Assembly: GCA_041690135.1 (NCBI GenBank) | Contig: JAWLHY010000004.1 | Span: 416,001 to 480,000 of the forward strand | DNA: 64,000 bases | From: Armatimonadota bacterium | GTDB lineage: Bacteria; Armatimonadota; SYMT01 | Reading direction: 5' to 3' | Shown: positions 9,847-18,443 of the stretch, piece by piece | Layout of the letters: every line of letters starts with the position of its first letter | Position numbering within the stretch: the first letter of the stretch is position 1 | Program-made: the position numbers and the translations under genes | Notes under the pieces: generated by a model | What the model saw: the letters and a program-made list of their open reading frames with translations, nothing else | What the model was told of the DNA's origin: nothing | Databases searched by the model: none

Positions 9847-10253
9847 GATCTCCTCCAGCAGTGTGTAGCCAGCCCTCCAAACACCCCCAGATTAGCGCAA
9901 AAAAGCACGCCTCGTCAAAGCTGCCGAGGACCAGACCCGGCCGGCGAAGGGCAGCCGTTGGGACAACTCTGTGAGGGCCTGGCCGCTTAACCCAGAAGTA
10001 GGAAAGCGTGACAAAGATTTCATCCTATTGACCCTAAAGTTGATCGTCATAGCAAGCCAACATTAGGACTGGAAAGCTGGTTTGCTAGCCCGAACACGCG
10101 AGGGCTGGCAGTAACCCGAGCGGCCACGACCGCACCCCACCGAGGAAATCCCTCAATCGGGCCTCCCGCTCTCCACTTCCCCGGCCACGTCCGGGACACC
10201 CGCACGCCGGGTGCAATCAACAACACTGGCTTGATCAAGAAGGAGTAGTACTC

Positions 10254-13200
10254 TTGTCTACGCCGCTTCAACTCCCTACAGGGAAAGCGGCGAGGTTGAC
10301 GGCTGCCGCCGGCACCATCCTCGCTTCTCTCCCGTTCCTGGCCTCCGTTGCTTTCGCCGGGAACCTGCTGCAATACAGCGAAGAATTCGACAAGTGGACG
10401 ATGGTCCGCGGCACGAAAGTGTCGCCGAATGCTTACCCCGCCCCGAACGGCACTCAGACGGCCGACAGCCTGATCGACAGCCCCAGCATCAACGGGGCTC
10501 GAGTGGCCGCCAATACCGTCACCGCCACGGATGGCGGCGTGTACACCTTTTCGGTCTACCTGAAGGCCGGCTCGCTCACCAAGGCCGTTCTGGCCACCCG
10601 CAACGGTCCCACCGGGGATCACAGCGGGCTCAAATTCATCACTCTCACCAACACCTGGCAGCGTTACCACGTTACGACCGCTTCGCTGAAGCCGGGAAAA
10701 CCCATCACCGCTGAGATCCACCCGGGCGACTACGATCGGGAGAAAGGCAATATTTACGCCTGGGGCGCGCAACTCGAGCCGGGTAATACCCCCACCGAGT
10801 ACCAGAAGACCCCGCTCTCCACCCCACCACCCACGGACACGACCGCTCCCGCCGCCCCCGCCGGCCTTAGCGCCCAGGCCGGGACGAGCGTGCAGTTGAC
10901 CTGGAATGCAAATACGGAGGCGGACCTCGCCGGCTACCGCGTTTACCGCGCCATGGCCGGCTCCACCAGCTTCAGCCAGATCGGCACCCCCACCACCCCC
11001 GGGCTGAACGACGCCAACGTGACGGCGGGGTCCTCCTACACCTACCGCGTCACCGCCGTGGACAAGACCGGCAATGAGAGCGCCCCGGCGAACGTGTCGG
11101 CCACCGTGCCGGTGCCCGACACCACGCCTCCGGCCGTCCCCGCCGGCCTCAGCGCCCAGGCCGGGAAGCCGGTCCAGCTCGCATGGACCGCCAACTCCGA
11201 GACTGACCTGGCCGGTTACCGTGTCTACCGCGCCGCCTCCGGCTCCAGCACCTTTGCGGTGATCGGCGCGCCCAGCACCGCCGCACACGCGGACAGCAAC
11301 GTCACGCCGGGCCTCGCCTATTCCTACCGCGTCACGGCCCTGGACAAGACCGGTAACGAGAGCGCTTCTTCCAACGTGGTTTCGGCGGCGATCCCGGTCG
11401 ACGCCCCCAGCGGGCTCAGCGCCATCGTGGCTCCGGGGCAGGTAGAGCTGCAGTGGACCGCTCCCGCCGGCAGCATCGCCGGCTACCGTGTGGAGCGCGC
11501 CGTGGATGGCTCGACCGCGTTCGCCCAGATCGCGGCGCCTAACGCGACCAGCCACGTGGACACCGCCGTCAGCGGCGGAAACACCTACACCTACCGCGTC
11601 ATCGCGGTCGGCACCGCGGGCCACGCTAGTGTGCCCTCCGCTAGCGTGACGGTACCTGTGCCGGACGTTATTCCGCCGGCTGCTCCCGCCGGGTTGGTTG
11701 CCGCCGCGGGCAAGCCGGTCCAGCTCAACTGGACCGCCAACAGCGAGCCCGACCTGGCCGGTTACCGCGTCTACCGCGCCGAGTCCGGCTCCAGCAGCTT
11801 CGCGCCGCTCGCCGAGACCACCAGCCCCTCGCACTCCGACAACAACGTCACTCCCGGTCTGGCCTACTCCTACCGGGTGACCGCGTTCGACCGGAGCGAC
11901 AACGAGAGCACGCCTTCCGCGACCGCTTCCGCGACCATTCCGGTTGAATCCCCGAGCGGTCTCACGGCCTCACTTGTGGACGGCAAGGTGGCCCTGCAAT
12001 GGACCGCTCCGGCCGGCAGCATCGCCGGATACCGCGTCGAGCGCGCCGTGGATGCCTCGACCAGCTTCGCCCAGATCGCCGCTCCCGCGACCACGAGCTA
12101 CCTGGACGGCAACGTCGAGACCGGCAAGACCTACACTTACCGCGTGAAGGCGGTCGGCACCGCCGGCAACGAGAGCCCGGCTTCCGCCACGGCATCCGTT
12201 TCGATCCCCACGCCCCCGCCTCCGGCCGACGGCGGCAGCGAGAGCAACGGCGTTAACCTGATCCACTACAGTGAAGAGTTCGAGAAGTGGACCCCCATCC
12301 GCTCGCCCAAGGTCAGCCCGGACCTGGCCACCGCGCCGGACGGGCAGCCCACGGCGGATCACCTCTACGACAACTCGGCTCGCGACGGCGCCCGCATCGA
12401 CGCCAACACCATCACCTCCGAAGGCTCGGAATACACCTACTCGGTCTACCTGAAGGCCGGCTCGGTCAACACCGCGGTCCTCTGCGTCCGCAACGGCCCC
12501 AACGGCAACCATTCCGCCTTCAAGCAGGTCACGCTGAGCGACCAGTGGCAGCGCTTCGCGGTCACCACCCCGGTGATCCCCGCGGGCGGGCCGATGACTC
12601 CGGAGATCCACGCCGGCCGGTACGACAAGGACACCGGCTTCATCATGGTGTGGGGCGCCCAGTATGAAAAGGGCTCCGTGCCCACCACCTACCAGAAAAC
12701 CCCCGGCGGCACGACCACCCCGCCGGCCGACACGACCCCGCCCGCCACGCCCACCGGCCTCTCCGCCAGCGTCGCGACCGGAGTCAAGCTGACCTGGAAC
12801 GCCAACACGGAAGGCGACCTCCTCGGCTACCGCGTCTACCGCGCCACCACCGAGAACGGGACCTACAACCAGGTGGGCAACCCCACGGAGTCCAACCTCA
12901 CGGACGGCAACGTCAGCGAGGGCGGCACCTACTGGTATAAGGTCGCCGCCGAGGACAAGACCGGCAACGTCAGTCCGCTGTCGTCCGCCGTCTCCGCCAC
13001 CGTCCCGACGACCAGCGTCACGGTTCCGGCGCCGACCGGCCTCACCGCCAGCCTGGCCAACAACGAGATCACTCTGGCGTGGACTGGCAGCACGGGCATC
13101 GCGAGCTACCGCGTGGAGCGGGGCATCAACTCGACCGTGAGCTTGAACACCCTGGGTGAAGCCACCACGACGAAGTACGTGGACGGCCTGATCTCCGGCG

Positions 13201-14675
13201 GCAACAGCTACTCCTACCGGGTGCGGGCGATCGACGCCAACGGCAACGTGAGCGATCCGTCGAACGTGGTGACCGTGTCCGTGCCCTTGCCTCCGCCCCC
13301 CACCAGCGCCGGCGCGCTGAACGTGCGGGACTACGGGGCCAACCCGGCGAAGGACGGCGACGACCGTGCCGCCATCCAGGCCTGTCTGAACGCCGCCATC
13401 TCGCAGGGTAAGGACGTCTATTTCCCGGCCGGCTACTACTGGCTCTCCAGCCGCGTCTACTTCCTCAAGGGCAATAACGTCGCGATCTTCGGTGACGGCA
13501 TGACGAAGTCCATCATCGCCGGCAACACCGATCGCGACTCGCTCCTCCAGATCGAGCGGTGCAATGGCGTGACGGTGCGGGACCTGCGGTTCGAGGGCAG
13601 CCTCACCAACGAGCAGAACACCAACGTCTGGCCCGCCATCGAGCCGTTCCTCTCCAGCGGCACCACCGTCCGCCGCGTCCACACTTACGGCACCGGCTAC
13701 CTGGTCCGCGACAACTCCGCCACCGATACCCTCATCGAGGACGCGGTCTGCGAGGACTACGGTCGCATCGGCTATCTCGTCGGCTCCGGCGGCACCGTTC
13801 GCAACACCAAGTTCGTCTGCCGCCCCTCCTGGGTCTTCGCCGACCAGATGAACGGCATCTACGCCTCCGCCGGCAAGCAGAACATCCTCATCGAGAACAA
13901 CCAGTTCATCCACTGCGGCTCCTACGCCATGACCCTCTGGGGCTCCAACTCCGGCGTCTGGACCGAGAACGTCACCGTGCAGCACAACCTGTTCGAGCGC
14001 TGCGACCGCGCCCTCGTGATCGCCGCCTCGGCCAGCGGTCCCGGCTACCGCAACGTGAAGTTCCTCAACAACACGGTGCGGCAGTGCGCGGACAAGAGCA
14101 TCCACATCGGCAAGTTCAACGGCAGCAACGCCGACGGCACCGCCCTGGTGATCGACGGCAACGTGTTCGAAGACCCGGGCTCGGATATGGCGATCTTCCT
14201 GACCAACTGGAACGCCAGCGGCCCCATCACGGGGGTGCGGATCACCAACAACGAGTTCCGGCAGCCGACGAAGAGCGCCTACTACGGGCTGTATCTGTGG
14301 CAGAACAGCGCCGCATTCTCGGACATCCTGGTGGAGAACAACACGATCAGCGACATCGGGCACAACGGGACCACGGAGAAGGCCCACTGCGGCATCTACC
14401 TCCGCTCCGGCACCGTTACGATCCGCGGTAACACCCTCTCGCACTGGCAGTATGCCGGCTACGGGATGACCGTGGACGCCCTGCGGATCGACTCCGGCGC
14501 CACGAACTGCGTCATCACGAACAACACGTTCAACGGCACCGGCGCTCCCGGCTGTTACGGCGCGCGGATGACGTCGAGCGGCAGCAGCACCAACGGAAGC
14601 ATCACCAACAGCCTCTTCCGAAAGGCGAAGCTGAACCCGAACGGCATCCCGACCAGCGGGAACGTGATCGAGTAA
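10254..14675 (+). CDS. Secreted modular protein, paralog 1: signal peptide, jelly-roll, 5x FN3, jelly-roll, 2x FN3, pectin-lyase-like beta-helix
   Basis: AAGGAG RBS plus TTG; signal ending VAFA; NLLQYSEEF...WGAQLE twice; FN3 (P.GL.A...L.W...GYRVYR...Y.YRV.A.D..GNES) seven times; LNVRDYGA...DDRAAIQ...VYFPAGYY then beta-helix repeats. Confidence 0.9.
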   Translation: MSTPLQLPTGKAARLTAAAGTILASLPFLASVAFAGNLLQYSEEFDKWTMVRGTKVSPNAYPAPNGTQTADSLIDSPSINGARVAANTVTATDGGVYTFSVYLKAGSLTKAVLATRNGPTGDHSGLKFITLTNTWQRYHVTTASLKPGKPITAEIHPGDYDREKGNIYAWGAQLEPGNTPTEYQKTPLSTPPPTDTTAPAAPAGLSAQAGTSVQLTWNANTEADLAGYRVYRAMAGSTSFSQIGTPTTPGLNDANVTAGSSYTYRVTAVDKTGNESAPANVSATVPVPDTTPPAVPAGLSAQAGKPVQLAWTANSETDLAGYRVYRAASGSSTFAVIGAPSTAAHADSNVTPGLAYSYRVTALDKTGNESASSNVVSAAIPVDAPSGLSAIVAPGQVELQWTAPAGSIAGYRVERAVDGSTAFAQIAAPNATSHVDTAVSGGNTYTYRVIAVGTAGHASVPSASVTVPVPDVIPPAAPAGLVAAAGKPVQLNWTANSEPDLAGYRVYRAESGSSSFAPLAETTSPSHSDNNVTPGLAYSYRVTAFDRSDNESTPSATASATIPVESPSGLTASLVDGKVALQWTAPAGSIAGYRVERAVDASTSFAQIAAPATTSYLDGNVETGKTYTYRVKAVGTAGNESPASATASVSIPTPPPPADGGSESNGVNLIHYSEEFEKWTPIRSPKVSPDLATAPDGQPTADHLYDNSARDGARIDANTITSEGSEYTYSVYLKAGSVNTAVLCVRNGPNGNHSAFKQVTLSDQWQRFAVTTPVIPAGGPMTPEIHAGRYDKDTGFIMVWGAQYEKGSVPTTYQKTPGGTTTPPADTTPPATPTGLSASVATGVKLTWNANTEGDLLGYRVYRATTENGTYNQVGNPTESNLTDGNVSEGGTYWYKVAAEDKTGNVSPLSSAVSATVPTTSVTVPAPTGLTASLANNEITLAWTGSTGIASYRVERGINSTVSLNTLGEATTTKYVDGLISGGNSYSYRVRAIDANGNVSDPSNVVTVSVPLPPPPTSAGALNVRDYGANPAKDGDDRAAIQACLNAAISQGKDVYFPAGYYWLSSRVYFLKGNNVAIFGDGMTKSIIAGNTDRDSLLQIERCNGVTVRDLRFEGSLTNEQNTNVWPAIEPFLSSGTTVRRVHTYGTGYLVRDNSATDTLIEDAVCEDYGRIGYLVGSGGTVRNTKFVCRPSWVFADQMNGIYASAGKQNILIENNQFIHCGSYAMTLWGSNSGVWTENVTVQHNLFERCDRALVIAASASGPGYRNVKFLNNTVRQCADKSIHIGKFNGSNADGTALVIDGNVFEDPGSDMAIFLTNWNASGPITGVRITNNEFRQPTKSAYYGLYLWQNSAAFSDILVENNTISDIGHNGTTEKAHCGIYLRSGTVTIRGNTLSHWQYAGYGMTVDALRIDSGATNCVITNNTFNGTGAPGCYGARMTSSGSSTNGSITNSLFRKAKLNPNGIPTSGNVIE

Positions 14676-14757
14676 GTCTCAGGGATGAGGGGCTCCGGGA
14701 GTTGCACTTCGCACCGCCTCCCGGAGTTCCCCACCCCGTCTCACCATCTCCTGGCGT

Positions 14758-14795
14758 GAAAAGCGCCGGCTCCCGCGAGCCGGCGCTTTCTCTTC
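14758..14795 (+). terminator. Intrinsic terminator, probably bidirectional
   Basis: GAAAAGCGCCGGCTC-ccgc-GAGCCGGCGCTTTTC followed by tctt. Confidence 0.85.
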
Positions 14796-14892
14796 ACCCG
14801 GGGCTGCCCGCCCCAACGTCCGCCAGCCCCTGTCACTCCTTAAGTTCGACCTCTCGATTTCCGGCATTTCCGGCGATCAGGCCCATCCCATC

Positions 14893-17082
14893 ATGCCACT
14901 TCAGCGACTGCTTCTCATTCTTCGAGATCCACGGGAGCGAAGCCGTAGCCGACGCACCGAACCAGGTTCGCGAGTTCAAACCCCTGGCCGGTTGACGGAA
15001 GTCCGCCATGCCTCGGCCATCGCCCCTGTTCCCCGGATTGAAATCCGGGGCGGGCTGACCGAAGTCGCACCTCCTGGGGGCGTAAACCTGCGCGGGCTCC
15101 CAAGCGGTGGCGGGTACGGTTCCGGCAAGTACGGCCACTTCCGGCAGCTCTGTGCGTGGGTAGCTGGGGGTGGGCTCTGTCTGGCCGCCAGCAGCCCCGC
15201 TGTGGCCGCCAACTTGCTGGCGGGGAACGGCGGCCTGGAACGGTGGTCGGCGCTTCGGGGCGCCCGGATCGCGGCCAACTCCGCCACGGCCCCGGACGGC
15301 ACGAACACCGCGGACACTGTAGACGAACGGGGCTCCGCGAACGGCGCGCGAGTCCTCACCAGAACCGTTGTCCGGAAGGGCTCCGCACCGCTACGACTTT
15401 CGATCCACCTGAAGGCCGGCACCCTGCAGCGAGCACAACTCGCCGTGCGGGTGGCCGGCCGACTGCAGCCGGTGGCCAGCCTCGAGACCCCGCTCACCGG
15501 CTCCTGGAAACAGTTCACTCTGACGGTGCCCGCCCCGAAGAAGAATGCCCGAATTACGGTGGAGCTCTACCCGGGAACGGCCCGGCGAGAGCGAGGTTCG
15601 GTGATCGCGTGGGGAGCCCGGCTGGAGGCCGAAACCCCCACATCCCCGCCCCCCGGCGGCGATAACCCTCCTACTCCTACTCCTACTCCTACTCCTACTC
15701 CTACTCCCGGCCCCGCGGCGGGCGCGTTGAACGTGCGGGACTTCGGGGCCAATCCGGCACGGAACGGCGATGACCGTGCCGCCATCCAGGCCTGCTTCGA
15801 TGCCGCCGCCGCGCAGGGTAAGGACGTCTACTTCCCGGCCGGCTACTACTGGCTCTCCAACCGCGTCTACTTCCGCGCCGCCGGCCGGACCGTGCTGGGC
15901 GACGGTGCGGAGCGCTCCTTCCTGGCGGGAAATACCGACCTGGATTCGCTCCTGCAAATCGACCGGGTCAACGGCGTGACGGTGCGGGACCTGCGGTTCG
16001 AGGGCAGCCTCACCAACGAGCAGAACACCAACGTCTGGCCCGCCATCGAGCCCTTCCTCACCAGCGGCACCACCGTCCGCCGCGTCCACACCTACGGCAC
16101 CGGCTACCTGGTCCGCGACAACTCCGCCACCGATACCCTCATCGAGGACGCGGTCTGCGAGGACTACGGTCGCATCGGCTATCTCGTCGGCTCCGGCGGC
16201 ACCGTTCGCAACACCAAGTTCGTCTGCCGCCCCTCCTGGGTCTTCGCCGACCAGATGAACGGCATCTACGCCTCCGCCGGCAAGCAGAACATCCTCATCG
16301 AGAACAACCAGTTCATCCACTGCGGCTCCTACGCCATGACCCTCTGGGGCTCCAACTCCGGCGTCTGGACCGAGAACGTCACCGTGCAGCACAACCTGTT
16401 CGAGCGCTGCGACCGCGCCCTCGTGATCGCCGCCTCGGCCAGCGGTCCCGGCTACCGCAACGTGAAGTTCCTCAACAACACGGTGCGGCAGTGCGCGGAC
16501 AAGAGCATCCACATCGGCAAGTTCAACGGCAGCAACGCCGACGGCACCGCCCTGGTGATCGACGGCAACGTGTTCGAAGACCCGGGCTCGGATATGGCGA
16601 TCTTCCTGACCAACTGGAACGCCAGCGGCCCCATCACGGGGGTGCGGATCACCAACAACGAGTTCCGGCAGCCGACGAAGAGCGCCTACTACGGGCTGTA
16701 TCTGTGGCAGAACAGCGCCGCATTCTCGGACATCCTGGTGGAGAACAACACGATCAGCGACATCGGGCACAACGGGACCACGGAGAAGGCCCACTGCGGC
16801 ATCTACCTCCGCTCCGGCACCGTTACGATCCGCGGTAACACCCTCTCCCTCTGGCCCGGCGCAGGTCGGACGCTCGCGGTCGACGGTCTACGCCTTGATG
16901 CCGGAGTGCGGGGGGCCGTCGTCACGAACAACCACTTCGAGGGAACCAGTGGTCCCGGGGCCTACGGCCTGCGGATGGTCGCCCCCGGCGGGAGCGCCCA
17001 CGGCAGCATCACCCGGAACCGTTTCCGGGGTGTCCAACTCGTGGCGAACGGCATCCCGGTGAGTGGGAACGTGGTCGAGTAA
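14893..17082 (+). CDS. Secreted modular protein, paralog 2: jelly-roll, (PT)6 linker, beta-helix; true start uncertain
   Basis: Signal-like segment ending PAVA-ANLL near 15210; WGARLE motif; beta-helix nearly identical to paralog 1. The 5' ORF extension overlaps REP-like DNA. Confidence 0.85.
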   Translation: MPLQRLLLILRDPRERSRSRRTEPGSRVQTPGRLTEVRHASAIAPVPRIEIRGGLTEVAPPGGVNLRGLPSGGGYGSGKYGHFRQLCAWVAGGGLCLAASSPAVAANLLAGNGGLERWSALRGARIAANSATAPDGTNTADTVDERGSANGARVLTRTVVRKGSAPLRLSIHLKAGTLQRAQLAVRVAGRLQPVASLETPLTGSWKQFTLTVPAPKKNARITVELYPGTARRERGSVIAWGARLEAETPTSPPPGGDNPPTPTPTPTPTPTPGPAAGALNVRDFGANPARNGDDRAAIQACFDAAAAQGKDVYFPAGYYWLSNRVYFRAAGRTVLGDGAERSFLAGNTDLDSLLQIDRVNGVTVRDLRFEGSLTNEQNTNVWPAIEPFLTSGTTVRRVHTYGTGYLVRDNSATDTLIEDAVCEDYGRIGYLVGSGGTVRNTKFVCRPSWVFADQMNGIYASAGKQNILIENNQFIHCGSYAMTLWGSNSGVWTENVTVQHNLFERCDRALVIAASASGPGYRNVKFLNNTVRQCADKSIHIGKFNGSNADGTALVIDGNVFEDPGSDMAIFLTNWNASGPITGVRITNNEFRQPTKSAYYGLYLWQNSAAFSDILVENNTISDIGHNGTTEKAHCGIYLRSGTVTIRGNTLSLWPGAGRTLAVDGLRLDAGVRGAVVTNNHFEGTSGPGAYGLRMVAPGGSAHGSITRNRFRGVQLVANGIPVSGNVVE
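15031..15098. repeat. REP-like palindrome plus a hairpin interrupted by a 19-nt micro-element (15068-15086)
   Basis: CCCCGGATTGAAATCCGGGG; gaagtcg[cacctcctgggggcgtaaa]cctgcgcgggct. Confidence 0.7.
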
Positions 17083-17098
17083 CGTCGAGGGGGCGGGC

Positions 17099-17755
17099 TC
17101 AGGAACTCCCCGCCCCCACCCTGCGGTTTTCCAGGAGTTGGGCTGCCCAGGCAGCGTCCTCCGGGGCCAACGGAACCTCCGGCGGTCCGGAGTAGTCCAC
17201 GGCGAGGTCGTAACCGATCAGGTCGTAGACCTGGGTGAAGGCAAGCTGGAGGTCCAGCAGCACGTCCGCATCGCCGGGAAGGAGCGGCACGGGAATCTGC
17301 GGGAGCGGTGAGCGAAGCCGGATGGGCCACACGCCCACGGCAGGCCTTTGCTCCGCCCGGCTTAGAAACACCCCATAGTCCATATCCGGCAGCGGCTCCA
17401 ACGTCGGAAGCCGCCGTCCTTCCCGCAAGAGATCGATCTCCAGCAGGTGCGCGTCACTCGTGAGGATCCGCTGTCGCTTGACCAGGTACTCCTGGCGCCC
17501 GTCCCCGCGTTTGTTCGTCGGGGACAACACCTCGATGGCAGTCACCAACTGCCGGTGCGCCGTATCCCGGATCTCCACCGTGACATGGGGGATGGGATTC
17601 CGCGCTGGTATCGGAGACTTCATAGTCAAGGCCAGGTAACGGGGCCGGAGGCGGGGTGCCAGTTGACGCGCGATCTCCACCGCCAACTGCGTGTGGACGC
17701 TCATCCAGAGCGAGCCTTCCAGATAGGGGTCCATTCCCGGAAATGGCGATGGCAT
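17099..17755 (-). CDS. DUF4058 family protein
   Basis: MPSPFPGMDPYLE, VTAIEVLSPTNK, HLLEIDLLR.G, LP.IPVPLLPGD.DV.LDLQ, VDYS.PP..PL. Confidence 0.9.
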   Translation of the reverse strand: MPSPFPGMDPYLEGSLWMSVHTQLAVEIARQLAPRLRPRYLALTMKSPIPARNPIPHVTVEIRDTAHRQLVTAIEVLSPTNKRGDGRQEYLVKRQRILTSDAHLLEIDLLREGRRLPTLEPLPDMDYGVFLSRAEQRPAVGVWPIRLRSPLPQIPVPLLPGDADVLLDLQLAFTQVYDLIGYDLAVDYSGPPEVPLAPEDAAWAAQLLENRRVGAGSS

Positions 17756-17818
17756 GGTTTAGCCTGCACTAGCGAAGTCAGAACCCATAGCGTCATTGCG
17801 AGGGAGCCTCAGCGACCG

Positions 17819-17952
17819 CGGCAATCCCCCTGATGTATACACCGCACTCTTCGGCAGCGGACGCCAGCCTTGCAGAATCTGTTGCGGAGCCAAACCTCAA
17901 TGGGGACGATCCTGTAACCAGGGCATCTTCTGTTCATCAGGGGGGATTGCCA
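17819..17952. repeat. ~17-bp imperfect inverted repeat enclosing ~100 bp (MITE-like)
   Basis: ggcaatccccctgatg ... catcaggggggattgcc. Confidence 0.55.
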
Positions 17953-18443
17953 CAGTTTACCCGCCGCGCCAACCCAGCACCCGTACCGGCCCTTCGTGTG
18001 GACTCGTCGATTGCATCGACGCTTTACGACCACGCCCCCGTTTCCCGTCTTGCCGAACCCACTTCCCTATCGTCTGCTTCCCATCCGATCCATCAGAGGG
18101 ATTCCCCCTCGTCCTGTCAGTACCCAGGGGATCGACTTGCACCCGGACAACCGATAGTGCTTCAAATAAAAATTTGGAACCTATTTGTTTCGAAAGGGGT
18201 CTGACCGGGTAAGTAATCGGATTTCCCACGAGAAACCCGGCAGAGCTAAAGCAACAACAGAACGACCTCCGTTCTCAACTGGCTGATTTCACATCCTCGG
18301 AGACACCCCGTCTCAGCCCCCGCGACCTACCTCGATAGCATCCCTGTGCGCGCCAAGTAAACGAGCGCAAGCCAACCTACCGCACCTTTGAAGCAACACC
18401 TTCCCGAAGGGATCGTCGCGCCCAGGTCGCAGGAGACTGATCT

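Noticed and set aside
14960-15000. tRNA-like GTTCAAACCC
   Set aside because: No T-stem pairing or cloverleaf.
13566-16847. DGR template/variable repeat pair
   Set aside because: The few differences are not adenine-specific, both copies are coding, and no reverse transcriptase is present.
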